Positions 12,901-26,490 of a stretch of 64,000 nt of DNA are shown in pieces. Positions within the stretch are counted from its first letter, which is position 1; each line of letters opens with the position of its first letter. This DNA comes from Chrysomallon squamiferum (Eukaryota; Animalia; Mollusca). A program made the position numbers and the translations under genes. Location: contig CM022677.1 in assembly GCA_012295275.1 (NCBI GenBank), positions 12,214,001 to 12,278,000 of the forward strand, read 5' to 3'. The notes beneath the pieces were generated by a model. It had not been told where the DNA came from. It saw only the letters and a program-made list of their open reading frames with translations, and made no database searches.

Positions 12901-15253
12901 GATTTTATTTGGTGCATTAATATAAATAAGAAAAAGAAAGAAACAGTAGGGTAAAAAAAATAAAAACACCGTTTATTTGAAGTTTACGATCAACGATTGG
13001 CTAATAATAAGATACAAAAAAAATATATAAATAAATAAATATATTTTAATAAAGATTGTTATGTTCCTTTATTTTATTTTATTTGTTTTAAACATTATTT
13101 AATTTTTGTTTTTATTTATTTATTTATTTTTATTTATTTATTTATTTTCTTCGGGATTGTGTATGAGGGGAAAAATGCGGGATAATTGTCGGTCTTTACG
13201 GATTTACTTTTTTATTTGATGTTCGACGAATTTTCTATAGAATTGGTGTAATCGCATTAAAAAGTTGCTTAAAGTATTTCATTTTGTGAAGGAGAAAGGT
13301 ATTACTATTTATTATTATAAATGTTAATGTGTTTGGATTTTTTCGTTTTATTTAATTATAATTTAAAAGTCATAGACACCTGATTGGGAACAATATAACT
13401 TTATAAGAATATTTATTTATTTATTTATTTATTGTTCATACTAACATTCACCAGTGGTTGTACTAATGTGAACAACACAAACAACGTCATATAAAGAAGA
13501 AATCATGTTTAATTTTGTTTGACCAATGACTAGATGATGTATCAGCCCTGAGCCTATCGGGGGCAACTTTTGAGTGGCCAGTAATTAAATTTGTTTTAAA
13601 ATAAATGTATTTGTGTAGCACACATCAAAGGAAACACCACACAACAAGGCACAGAGAATTTGAAAATTATTATTATTATTATTATTATTATTTTGGGGTT
13701 TTTTGTTGTTGTTTTTTGGAAATAAACTAGTAAAACTATTAAAAGGAAATATGCAAATTTTGTTTGACAGGTTGTTTTCTGTCAGGTAAGTTATGATTTA
13801 TTATTTTTAAATATTTAGGTTAAATTGCTGACTTGTTCTATAACTATGAAAATATTTAAATGATTTTTTAATACAAATGAAAATGTATAATGGGTGGGGC
13901 CCTAAATATTTTCATATTATTTAAGCTAAATACCTGTATAGGTCTATGTTAACATTAAAAACAAATAAAGATGAAAACAAATTTAGGAAATACATAACCA
14001 GGTTATTTCATATGTAGACACTGTAAAATATTAATAAAATTATTTGTTATCCTGTTTTTTGTTTCCCTTCTTTTCTTAATGGTGAAATTTAATTTATTTA
14101 TTTACATTTTGATTTGTTTTGTTGTAATTCCTTCTTTTTCATCTTCTTATTATTATGATTACTACTATTTATTATTATTATTATTATGTTTTATTTTTAT
14201 TATTATTATTATTTTTTTTTTATTATTATTATTTTTGTAATCTTTATTATTACTATCCATTTTATTTTTCATATCATTACTAATAATTGTTTATTTTTGA
14301 TGTTTTCCAGGTTATTTGGAGAAAATGTTCCAAATGAATTTGAAGAAAGTTTCTGTGAAAATTCAGATGTGAGTGAAACATTTTATAAATTTCTCATCCA
14401 GCTACACAACCATTGACCAGAACCACTGAGTAGAGTGCAAGTGCTGCTGGAATACTATAATATGAATATATCGATGGTTTACATTCAGCATAGACAGGAA
14501 CAAGAAGGAAAGGGCAGAGCGCCACTGAAATCTGCTTTTTTGTGAAAACAAGCAGATGCTGGTAAAAAGACTTCATCTGCTATGCTGCCAAACAAAATCA
14601 CTTGATAGATGACTGCGATGGCAAAAATAACAAAAATAAAAATAAGAAAGTCGAGCAGCAGGTAACATCCGAGCTTGCTGCTCTGAGAATGAAGCTGGAT
14701 GAGAAGATAAAGAAAAGAGAGAGAAGAAAACAAAGGCTGTAGCTGCAGCAGAACAAGGTGAGACTCAGGAAGGCAACATTCATGAGAGTGATGTCTCGCC
14801 ACATTGATAGTTCGAAGGACCAAGCTAGTCCTGTACCTGATTCAGACAACACAATTCCAAGTTGCAAGTTTTTTATCTTATTTTTATTTCTTAGCAAATA
14901 AAATAAGTTTTATAGTAACAACTCTTTACTAATTGTAAAATAGCATAATAATAATCATTTGTTTGCTATTGTTTTGTTAATTATTTAAATTATTATCATT
15001 ATCATTATAATGATTATACAAAATATATCAAAAATATCCCACACCCCTTTGTGTCTGAATAATCCAGTAACTGATAACAGTGCATTTTAAATAATAACAG
15101 AAACATTAGTTATTTATTTTTAACAGTTTATTATTTTTATTATTTTATTTGTATATTTTTATTTCCAGAATGCAGATACAGCTCTAATTGATGTGGTGAT
15201 GTTGGCTAGTGAAGTGCTGAGGATAAAGTTTGCTGCCACTGGAATTATTCTAA

Positions 15254-15286
<33 letters not shown>

Positions 15287-16012
15287 CTCCCCCTCAGGAA
15301 CAGGAGGATCTATAGAGGTTGTTGTTATAGTAGTAGTATTAGTCATTGCCATTGTTGTAGTAATATAGTTGTTACAGCATTAATACTTTTTGCAGTATTA
15401 ATAATAAACTACTTGTTGTAGTAATGTTGTAAAATTTTGGTGATGTTTTAGCTGATCTCCATAGCTGTGTAATAGTAATGTATCTTGTGAGACTCATGGT
15501 GATTAAAAAAACTGTTTGTAGTCAAATTACTTGTTGTAATGGTGGCAGTAGTAGTAGCAGCAGTAGCAGTACTAATAGTAGTTGTTTTCAGAGAAACTGT
15601 TATGATAAATGTAACAAGAAGAGTTGTGTAATAGCAGCAATAGTAGTAGTAACAGTAGTCGTTGTTGTTTAATTTATTTAAAGTCAGTGTAATATGAGTG
15701 ATGTTGGTCAAAAGATTTGTGTACTGCAGTCACAGAAAATTCTTCTCTCACTGAACTTAATATATCAGCAGCAATCAGGTGGGTGTGTCAGTAACAAGTC
15801 AATCAGAATTCAGCCTGATTAACCAATCAGACTATAGATAGAGATTAACCAATGAAACCACAGAATGATTAACCAACCAATCTTCAGAGAGAGATCAGCC
15901 AATCAGAATTAATTAGCTCAATATTATTTTTGTACACACCATGCTTATTTTAATCACTGACATTAAATTATTTTCTGCTTATGTAGATTCTACACATTGT
16001 GAATTACTATTA

Positions 16013-16076
<64 letters not shown>

Positions 16077-16759
16077 CATTATTATTGTTATTGTTTTTAT
16101 TTGTTTTTATTACAAGCTGGGATCACTAAATCATGTACTCAGTTTTTGTCTGATGTTTTCAATCATCCAAGATGACAGCTTTTTACCTGATGACGCAAAA
16201 CTTAATAACCAAACACTTAAAGTTGATGGTTGATGTAGATATGTAATATATATTATTCTCTATCTCTATCACTCTCTGTGAATATGTGGTGTGTATGTGT
16301 ATGTATATATATATATACATACACACACATGTATTTCATGTAACTATCTTTGTAACTAGGTTTGACAAATTTGTTATTATTATATTGTTTCTACTTTTAT
16401 TTCCTTTTTCTGCTGATAGTTAAGGTTTCTTAATACTGTTTTTCACTTATTCCAGATATTCCAGATTCCAAATCTGTAACAAGTTCTATACAGGAATTAA
16501 GACTGAACTCCAGTTGTTTAACCAACAAGCTGTTTGGGTTTCCATGGAAAACTCCTTTCTTTGAAAGATGTGGACATTGGAAACTGTTCTGATCTTTAAT
16601 TAAACTTAATAGAGGTAACTTTTGTTTAAATTTTATAAATTTTTCTAATATTTGAAACATTATTCTGTATATAATCCTTATCTTTCTGTATCTGACAGAG
16701 ACAATTTTGTTAAACCATATGCCAAGAATATTAAACTCTGTATGTGTGTATGTGTGTGT

Positions 16760-17144
16760 GTATCAGCAATAGTGATAATAGTGTGTGTGTGTGTGTGTGT
16801 GTGTGTGATAATAGTGATAACTGCTACTCTGATAATAGTATGTGTGTGTGTGTGTATTAGAAATAGTGATAACTGCTACTCTGATAATAGTATGTGTGTG
16901 TGTGTGTGTATTAGAAATAGTGATAACTGCTACACTGATAATAATGTGTGTGTGAGTGTGTGCATGTATGTGTACATGTTTGTGTGTGTGTGAGTGTGTC
17001 AGCAATAGTGATAATTACAACTCTGATAATAGTATATGTGTGTGTTTGAGTGTATCAGACATAGTGATAACTATTACACTGATAATGGTATGTTGTGTGT
17101 TTGTGTAAGTGTATCAGCAATAGTGATAATTGCTACTCTGATAA

Positions 17145-17195
<51 letters not shown>

Positions 17196-17870
17196 AGCAA
17201 TAGTGATAATTGCTACTCTGGTAATAGTGTTTCCATCTGTCAATCAGCAGTAGTGAAAATTGCTACTCTGATAAAAGTATGTGTGTATGTGAGTATATCA
17301 GCAATAGTGATAACTGCTACACTGATAAATGTGTGTGTGTTTGTATCAGCACTAGTGATAATTGCCACTGTGATAATAGTGTGTGTGTGTATCAGCATTT
17401 GTGATAATTCCTACTCAGATAATAATGTGTATATCAGCAATAGTGATAACTGCTACTCTGATAATAGTATTTGATTGTGCTTAGGAGTCTGTGTGTGTAT
17501 CACCAATAGTGATATCTGCAACTCTAATAATAGTATATGTGTGTGTGTTTGTGTTTGAGTATATCAGCAATAGTGATAATTGCTACTCTGATAATAGTGT
17601 GTGTGAGTATATCAGCAATAGTGATAATTGCTTCTCTGATACTAGTGTATGTGTGTGTATATCAGCAATAGTGATTATTGCTACACAGGTAATATGTGTA
17701 TCAGCAAAAGAGATAATTTCTACTACTCAGTGTGTATGTGTGCATGAGTGAGTGTGTGTGTATCAGCAATAGTGATAACTGCTACTTAGATAATAGTATG
17801 TGTGAGTTCATGTGTATCAGCAATAGTGATACTTGCTACTCTGATAACAGTGTGTGTGTTTGTGTGTGTA
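16760..17870. repeat. Compound minisatellite: TCAGCAATAGTGATAATTGCTACTCTGATAATAGT + (GT)n, >20 copies
   Basis: Repeated core is directly visible; a shorter inverted counterpart lies at ~43650-44240. Confidence 0.92.
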
Positions 17871-18361
17871 TTAAGAAATATTTGGTAATCAGTTTATAAG
17901 TTTAAATGCTTTGTACAAAATACTCAGGCCTGTTTTATTTAAATTTAAGGTTGAAACTGACGGTGTCTTTAGTCTTTGTTTATACCACCAAGGGACACAA
18001 GTCTGAGTTAAACAGCTTGAGTGGAAACTCATTAGGTAATAAATTATTTTTTGATTTTTCAGAAAATATTAATTTTTTTAATTCAAAATATGAAAATAGA
18101 AGCTTGCATATTGTTTGAGATTTATTATGTTTAATTTAATTACTATACCTACACAGGCGGAAAAATAACACATCTGAATAGCATCTTGTAAATACAATAG
18201 TTTTCAGTTCTTTACTATTTACATCAGCAGCAACATGTAACATGGTAGTGACAGTAGCAGCTATGATGTAGCTATAGTAATAATAACAGCTATTACTGTA
18301 TCAAAACATCTAGAAAGAGTAGTAATAATAATAATAATAATAATAATAATAGCTAACATTG

Positions 18362-18514
18362 TAGGATAGAGATAATAAAAGCTAATGTGAAGCTGTAGTT
18401 ATAGTAGGTAGCAGTAGCAGCAGTAGTAATAATAACTAGTTTAGTAATACTACTGCAGCTACTACTGCCTACTATAACTACAGCTACACATTAGCTTTTA
18501 TTATCACTATTCTA
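18362..18514. repeat. ~150 bp near-perfect palindrome/hairpin
   Basis: GATAATAAAAGCTAATGTG.AGCTGTAGTTATAGTAGG ... CCTACTATAACTACAGCTACACATTAGCTTTTATTATC; counterpart at 42956-43108. Confidence 0.9.
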
Positions 18515-18872
18515 ATAGTAGCAGCAATACTAATAGTAGTAGCTATGTAGTTTTAATAGAGTGCAGTAGGAACAGCAGCTGTAGTTGCAATAGTCATAGT
18601 AGTAGTTCCTGCTTCCTTAGATTTTAAATTTAAGTTTTTAAAATATTTTTTATTATCCTTCAGGGAAGCAGGGACTGTTGTTTCTGACAGTGTTGTATCT
18701 TAACAACTAGAAGAAAAACTTACAAGAAAATGAAATAGAAGAACTTTCCACAAAGTTGATTGCTGCAATTGGTAATAAATAAATTTATTTAAAAAAAAAA
18801 GAACAATAAAAATAAAAATAATAAAAAAGAAACAATAATAATAAAAAAATAAATAAGTAAATAAATAAATAA

Positions 18873-18933
18873 CTAGCCTGAACCTAACCCTAACACTAGT
18901 CCTAGCCCTAATCCTAACCCTAACTCTAATCTA
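18873..18933. repeat. Degenerate interstitial (CCCTAA)n telomere-like hexamers
   Basis: CCTGAACCTAACCCTAACACTAGTCCTAGCCCTAATCCTAACCCTAACTCTAATCTAA; the mirror copy at ~42513-42586 reads TTAGGGTTAGG. Confidence 0.65.
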
Positions 18934-19518
18934 AGTTAATCCAATGGTAAAAATAAGAAAGAAGAAGCAATACTAAATAAAAAGTTTTATTATTGTTAAT
19001 GCTGTTGTTGCATTGTTTTCTTTTTAAATTATTTATAAGGTCTCACGTGTAAAGAATTCAGGGGAGAAAACTGAATCATCTTGTAGTTGTCTCTTCAGCT
19101 TCCTGATTAAACTGACATCACTTGGAGGACATCCTGGTAAACAGTTATTGTTATTTTTTTATTTTAACATTTATATGGTTCATACTTATTGAAATTTGTC
19201 ATTTATTTATTTGTTTATCTTCCTCTAGGAATGCTGGGTAATGTGATGCGCTGTCCAGCCATTCTCACAGATAAAGGAAACAGTCAACTTCTGACACTGC
19301 AGCCATGTTGAAAGGTCATGGTGAGTGATTATAACAGTAATAACAGTTCACAGCTATCTGTCTATCTTTCTATATATCTATCTGTAATAATAAACATCAA
19401 TTCTCTATGTATTTATCTGTAATAATAAACATCACATTCTCTTTATTTATGAATATTTATATTTTGTTGTCTTTCCCACTTGATAATTCAGTATGTCCAT
19501 CTCTTCATCTCTTCATCT

Positions 19519-19586
<68 letters not shown>

Positions 19587-19781
19587 TATAATAATAGAGA
19601 AGAGAACAGAAAGTGATGAAAGTATATCAGATTTCTAGACTCTAAGGAGTGTATTCTGTCAGTTGATGAATGGAACACTATCACTGGGGCCAAGAAAGAT
19701 GGAGAAGTACCTACCTGACTTCAGGTAATAAAAAAAGTATATGTGTGTGCTGTATTCTGTGTATGAAGATTTTAGTTTTTT

Positions 19782-19819
<38 letters not shown>

Positions 19820-22421
19820 TACTGGATAAATAGTTTTAAAAAGTACTATAACAAATACACACACCCACACATCAAGTAAATAAAGTTAACAAAAAATGTA
19901 GTGTGTGTGTGTGTGTGAGAGAGAGAGAAAGAGAGAGGAGCGAGAGAGATTAATAAATATGAAATTATTAACATGAAATAATATTTCTTAATACAATACT
20001 TAACATATTTATCAACTTTTGTATCCAGTTTTAATATCAACTTTTACATTAATTTCTAAAACTTACCTTACTTTTTAATGTAAAGAACAATATATTTCCT
20101 TCTCACATATAATCAGATACTACAACTCTCACTACTATTACTGCTTGAATGTTCCAGAATCCAGTTATTTGATCAAACAGTGGAATAGCATGGATACTGA
20201 TGTCTGATTCTGTATCTGTAGACAAGGCTATAGATTACTACAAGAGAGGAGAGGTATTCCATTTAAATCATCAATATTTGATTAATTATATATAAATGTC
20301 ATTTGGTTTACCTACTACTCCCAATCTGTCAGTCTTGCAATATCTATTTACCAGTGTACATCTACAATAACCTGTCTGTCTGTCTGTCTGACTGATGGTC
20401 TACATCATCAACCTACCTATCTACCCAATATCTACCAGTCTCTAAATACTTTTACTTCCTAAATAAATATATCTATGGACAACCAGTCATAGTGTCAAGA
20501 ATTAACATAAAAGTTGATGATGTTAAAATTACAGAACTGGAGGTAAAAGTCAGGTATAGTGATGATGTCATAGTCTTTTTATTTCTCTCTCACTATCTCT
20601 AATTTTCTCCTAGCCTCTCTGATTCTCTCTTTCACTTTATTTCTTTCTTTCATTGTCTTTCCCTGTTCATAAACTGTATATGCATAATTATGATACCTAG
20701 GTTTAAACTAAGTAGCTGGTTTTTGCCTTGATGCTCATGGAAAGGATCACATATAAAAAAAAAAAAAAAAAAATTATATAATAAAAAAACATAAAACTCA
20801 AAAATGTATTCTTTCATTTGTAATTATATGTATTGGTATCATATGTCAATTCTTTTTGTGAAATGGACAGGAATGAAAGCTTATCTTTAAATAACTGTGA
20901 GATTTTTGATAGCCATTGTTTTTACAAACTATATGAATGAATGAATGTTTTAGGACAGCCCAGCATGAAAAATATATCAGCTATTGGGTGACAAACAAAG
21001 GTAAATCTAACAAATCAATACCTAATTACATTAATATTAAATACTGAAATGTTTTTCTCAGACAAGAAGTGGAGAAGAGGATGAAGATTCAGTTCATCAT
21101 GAACTAATTTTCTAGAACACAGAGGTATTGTTAATAATATATCCAGTTTTTCTCTGATTATAGAGGTTAAGTTTTCTATGCCTGTCAGTATTTTCTGATG
21201 TAGATAATGTCAATTCCACTTCAAAGAAAATGATTTTAAAAATTTCTGTACAAACTTTTCTGATACAAAGAATGATAATTTTAGCCATACAACTTAACAG
21301 ATTTAATACAGAGATGATGCAGAAAATGATGATTATCATCCACTTCATCTGATGATAGTTACAGTATTCTGATGTAGAAATTAACAATTTTTACCATCTT
21401 GTCGTATGATTTTTTTAATTCAGCATTTTCTGATACACAGAATAACATGATAAAATATGCTGTTAATTCACACACACTGATACTAATATTTATGTAATAT
21501 ACATGGACCAAAGTTTATTTCTATAAGATTTTGTTTTCTTTATCTTTGTTGTTTTCATTGAAGTGTTTTTTTAAGAAGTGTTTTTGATAATATAAGTTAT
21601 TATTTATTACATTTATGTTCTGCACTGTATGTGTGGGGATACTGTATGTGTATGTCATTTTGTATGTTGGTATGTCTGCATGTGTGTGTGTGTGTGTGTG
21701 TCATTTTGTATGTTGGCATGTCATGTCTGTGTGTATGTGTGGGTTTTGCCTAAGTGCATGTGCGAGTGTGTATTTCTGTGTGAATATTGTAATGTTTGTA
21801 TATGTGTTATTTTCAGTGTTTGTTTTGTGTCTTGGATGTGTTTGTACTTTAGTGCATGCATTTATGTGCCTGCATATATCTGCATAAATTAGAAAATAAA
21901 CACAGCAAATAAAGCATTGAATCAAATTATTTAGCAGACTTTAAAAATAAAACCCAGGTGTCTAGATTAACTTTTTAAAACTAGCTCCAGTTAAATAATG
22001 TAATTAATTATCCAATGTAATAATTTAAAACAGGTGAAAAAATATGTAAATAAGTGACAACTGTAGTTAAGTTATATTTTCTTTTTACATTGTTTTTGTT
22101 ATTTGTTTATAATGCACATGTAATTTCACAGTATGTTTTTTTTTATAGGCATTTTTAATTCATTAATTGTTATATTTGTTACAAATTTTCTGTTGAATTT
22201 GATTTTTTAATTCACTGTTACTGTTTCTTGGTAAATAAAAAAGAGATATAAAATTGTTTTATTATTATTGATTTTGTTTTTAATTTGGGTGGGAAATTGT
22301 ATTTGCTTTCTTTCATTATTTCATATGGTTTAACAATTTAAAATTAATTTGCAGAAGGTTTATCAAAAGAGAGTTATTTCCCTTATGTTATGAAAAGTTA
22401 TTATCCATGGTCAGTTGCTCC

Positions 22422-22461
<40 letters not shown>

Positions 22462-23901
22462 TACTTACATTGATTATAACAAACTAACAAACAAATGAAT
22501 AATAAAATATTATGAGTTTTTATTTCATTTATTTATTCTTCAATAAGTGATGCTGAAGATGCATAAAACATAAGAAATATGGAAATGGAGGTCGTACCCA
22601 CGACGCTCTCCGATTTTCTGGTTTCACTGTAAATCATGTTTCTGAACTAGAACTAACTCGAAATAACATTTTAGAAAAGTCATGTTTAGTCATTTATTCT
22701 CAAATTATCAGAAGCACAGTTTAAAATCAACGAAAGTAACTTAATATTTGATTAATTACATTAATAATTCTCAAGATAATTTGTTAATATTAATACTGCT
22801 CCATATTTTTAATTATGCTTTCCGCTTCCATAAAACAGATCTGCATAACTGTCAGCTATCAGAAAAGGAAAATTATCAAACAAATCTAAATGTTTACATA
22901 GTGTAGGTATTCATTTTTGAGTGCACGTAATACAATATAGCAACACTGTCTTACGTTGTTTTGTTATTTTATTATGCGGGCAATATCTTAGTGGAATAAA
23001 CTTAATAATAAAATTTTTTTTTTTCTCTGTTACTAATAAATAAAAGAAAATTACCGATATTATGTTTCAAATTATAGGCAGAAACTTTTGCGAGATCGTG
23101 ATGAAGTAAGCTGATGTATTCTTAATTTTTTTTTTTTTTTTTTTTTTTTTATGTCTCTCGATAATAAATGTATCCTTTATAAACACTAGTGGTGTCGGTA
23201 TCAGAAGCTTTTTACAGAAAAACGTGATAATTAATTACACGTTGATATTTAAATTTAATTCTACTTGGGGAGCTATAGAGTGAACTCAAAACAATGAAAA
23301 TGTTTTGTTGCATTTTTTTAAATAATTTTTTTGTTATCTAAAATAATTTTTTTAGCTGAAGGATGAAGTTAGTTTCATTTTTACAATATCTTCGTCTCAG
23401 AATTTTTTTTTAATTCATGGTAGAGTTTTGATAGTGTAAAACTAATGAAGTAATCGAGACCTGTTTTCAACTCGCACATGAGTTTACGTCTGCTACAAAA
23501 GCTGACGGTATGATAACAACTATTCGTTTATTAATGATATTATGCGTAACTGAAAACAGACGAAGAAACACAACAGAACGCTCAATAATTGAAATAGGCT
23601 GTCTTAAATTCTAATATTGATATCAATTTTCATTTTCATAAATAAGCTTATTATTATTTTTTTTTTAGCACTGCATCATTTAATGATTTTTAATTTGTAT
23701 TTATTTATTTATCGTCAGTAATTTGCTTTTTCAATCCACACAGCACAAAACAGAACTGTTTTTCTATCATTAACTGAAGCAGTAAGTTACACTACTTTTA
23801 CAATGAAAAGAAAAAATACTTTTTGTTCTTTTTTTATTAAGATTTTCCTTAAAAGAGTGAGTGAGAGAGAAATAGGTTTGTTGAATGAAAAAATAAATTA
23901 A

Positions 23902-23946
<45 letters not shown>

Positions 23947-26054
23947 TAATAATAATAATAAAATATTATATTTGCATTTTTACGAAAAACAGTAAAAATG
24001 CAAATGTATTAAATTTTTGCTGTAAAATGATAAGTTTATAAAATATGAATAATAAATATGAAAATTAACTCAGAATAGTCTGCGTTTTTCATTATCAACA
24101 TGGAATATATTTATATATCCATTTCAAAAATCCAGTTTTTTTCACAATAAACAGCGAAATCATATGACGTACAATGAACATTAAAAAAATAAGAGAGAGA
24201 GAGAGAGTTTGGTACAGATAAAAATAAACTTAGAGACAGAGAGACTGACATAATATAGAAGTATTTATAAATAGATGAATAATAGACTCATAGAAAGGAA
24301 CAAAGATAAATAGAAAGCCAACGAGGAACGTAAACAGATAGCCAGAGGAACAGAGAGCGAGAGAGAGTTTAGGTAGGTACATGAACGGAAATAGAATTAT
24401 GGATTGATAGAAAATGCGACAAGTAGGTATATTAGATATAATAATAATATATTTTAGTATAGCATGGCTAGAAGGCAATAAGTAGACAAATAACCTTAGG
24501 AACACAATGCCAGTACGAAGCAACGAGACATTAATAGAAATTACAAAAAATAGAAGGCGATAAGCCAGCTCAGAAAGTATGAGGAATAATTAAAAAGCGC
24601 TAAACAATAATGAGAACTACTCCAAGAAAACTAGAAACAACGCCGTTACGACGGCAACGATGGTGATATTAATAAAAATAGTAATAATACATTTTTCTAA
24701 AGGATTTGATCGCTAAAGAAGTATGAATAATAGTTAATAAAAAGCAAGAGAATAATGGTAAGCACACCTAAAACATTAGGAACAACGCCTTCACGACTGC
24801 AATGACGGCAACATCAAAACAGATAATAATAATATATGCTGATGCGGAATAGACTTTATAAGATAAAACAGATTAGTAAAATTTGTATTAGTAGTACGTC
24901 TGCTTACTTTATAACCTTCTCACAAAAGTTTATGCCGATAATTTAACAAAGCAAAACGGTTTATCTTTCAGTTGCTAGCAGCAGAGCTACGTGTGTTTGT
25001 TTATTCGTGATAATGATGCCTAACAGCACCAGCAAAGTGAATGTGGCAGTTACGTAATATTTTATTACCTTTATTACAGAATTCAGAGGTAGAGGAGGGG
25101 ATATTATTTTTCTTTAAAAATTGAGAAATATAAATAAATGTGCTTTTCTAAAATTTAAAAATACACAGAAAAATGTTTCAAGGCGTCAGAAAATGGGGAT
25201 ATTTTATAATAAAAGATATGAACGTGATATTTTGATAGGAATTTTACTAGAGAAAACCTGAATAGTGAGAAATGTAGAGTGTACACAAGAATCTTGCTAC
25301 ATCGCAGTTCATTGTCTACACTCGTTTATTGTCTTATAAGTGGATTTATATCAGCATGGTCCAGTATGCTCGGTAGTTATAAAGATTTGTTCGGTATCAT
25401 TCGTCATTCTCCGGCTGCGAACGCAGTCGCATGTAATATGTAAAATTATTATTATGATACAGCTGAATGACAAAATTAGCATATTTTTATATTGTTTTCG
25501 CCTCAGAAAATGTTTATAAAGGGTTGTCATTTATTTATTTATTGAAACTACTGTCTTAATCGAGACCTGTCTTCAACTCGCACCAGACCGTTTTACTCTT
25601 GAACGATGAACGATAAAAGAAAGAATAACGTTGTATAACAATAAATGTTCTCTTATTAATAATATTATTATTTATCTCCAAAACAGACATCATAGGAATT
25701 ATTATTTCTTTCAGGAACTAGGGCTATGGTGTAAGATTCTAATCATGTTTATGTAAATAATTTTCCATTTTACAAACAATGGAAGTTTTCTAAATATTTC
25801 TTTCTTTTTGTTTACAGTAAAGCTGGAGAAGTAAATACAGTAATCCTGCATCCCAGTTTGGAAATATATTTTATTTCATTTTAATTTTAATTTTATTTTT
25901 TCATTTAACAGTGAAAAAAAAAAAACAATTATTTAATAAAATACATATTTTGATGGATGTAAATAACTATTTTAAAAATGTTAATTAAATTAATAAATGA
26001 ATAAACTATAATTATATACTTTGAAAAATGAAAGTTACTAGTGTAATAATATCT

Positions 26055-26379
26055 CCCATGCACATGCGCAATATATGAAGATTTACATCAGCGGATTTAA
26101 ATTCGGGTATAAATAAAACATCCAACGGTTTTACGTCAGTTGACATGTGAATGCCAATACTAGTAGGTCACATTTTTTTAATTTTTTTTTTATTTTTAGT
26201 CCAAAGTGATTTATTATTTTAATTTATTATAACCAATAATAGCAGTTATCTGTATATTTAATTAAAATATTATTATCATTATAAATAATTATTCTTCTAT
26301 TACGAAATGAATTCGAATAAAATCATATCTTAACTTTCTTATTATTTTTATAATATATTTATTTATTCATTCATTATTA

Positions 26380-26411
<32 letters not shown>

Positions 26412-26490
26412 GTTATTATTATTATTGTTGTTGTTGTTGTTATTTTAATTAACAATAACTGTGGGGGTTTTAATTTCCGGAAGTTTATAT
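26055..26490 (+). promoter_or_regulatory. Promoter-like motif cluster at the inner end of the arm
   Basis: NRF1-like TGCACATGCGCA (26059), TATAAATA (26108), CRE/ATF-like TTACGTCA (26131) and ETS CCGGAAGT (26477), with local CpG enrichment. Mirrored at 34535-34975. Confidence 0.4.

Larger units (their letters stand above)
13771..21114 (+). pseudogene. Multi-exon decayed gene of unknown family (gene A)
   Basis: Chain of mostly AG/GT-bounded, higher-GC exon-like segments: 13771-13785, 14311-~14860, 15169-~15241, 16456-~16613, 18664-18771, 19040-19136, 19229-19320, 19663-19724, 20117-20253 and 21062-. Protein-like runs (LFGENVPNEFEESFCENSDVSETFYKFLIQLHNH*; EQQVTSELAALRMKLDEKIKKRERRKQRL*) are broken by stops and frameshifts. 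Confidence 0.6.

Noticed and set aside
16652-17751. Cys/Val- or His/Thr-rich ORFs here and at 21.6, 38.6, 40.2, 41.2-41.8 and 44 kb
   Set aside because: Translations of (GT)n/(CA)n microsatellites and minisatellites.
21112-21387. ORF conserved in both arms (MKWMIIIIFC..., also 39119-39355)
   Set aside because: Conservation is explained by the duplication; it lies in degenerate ATCAGAAAA-type repeats and has no recognisable domain.
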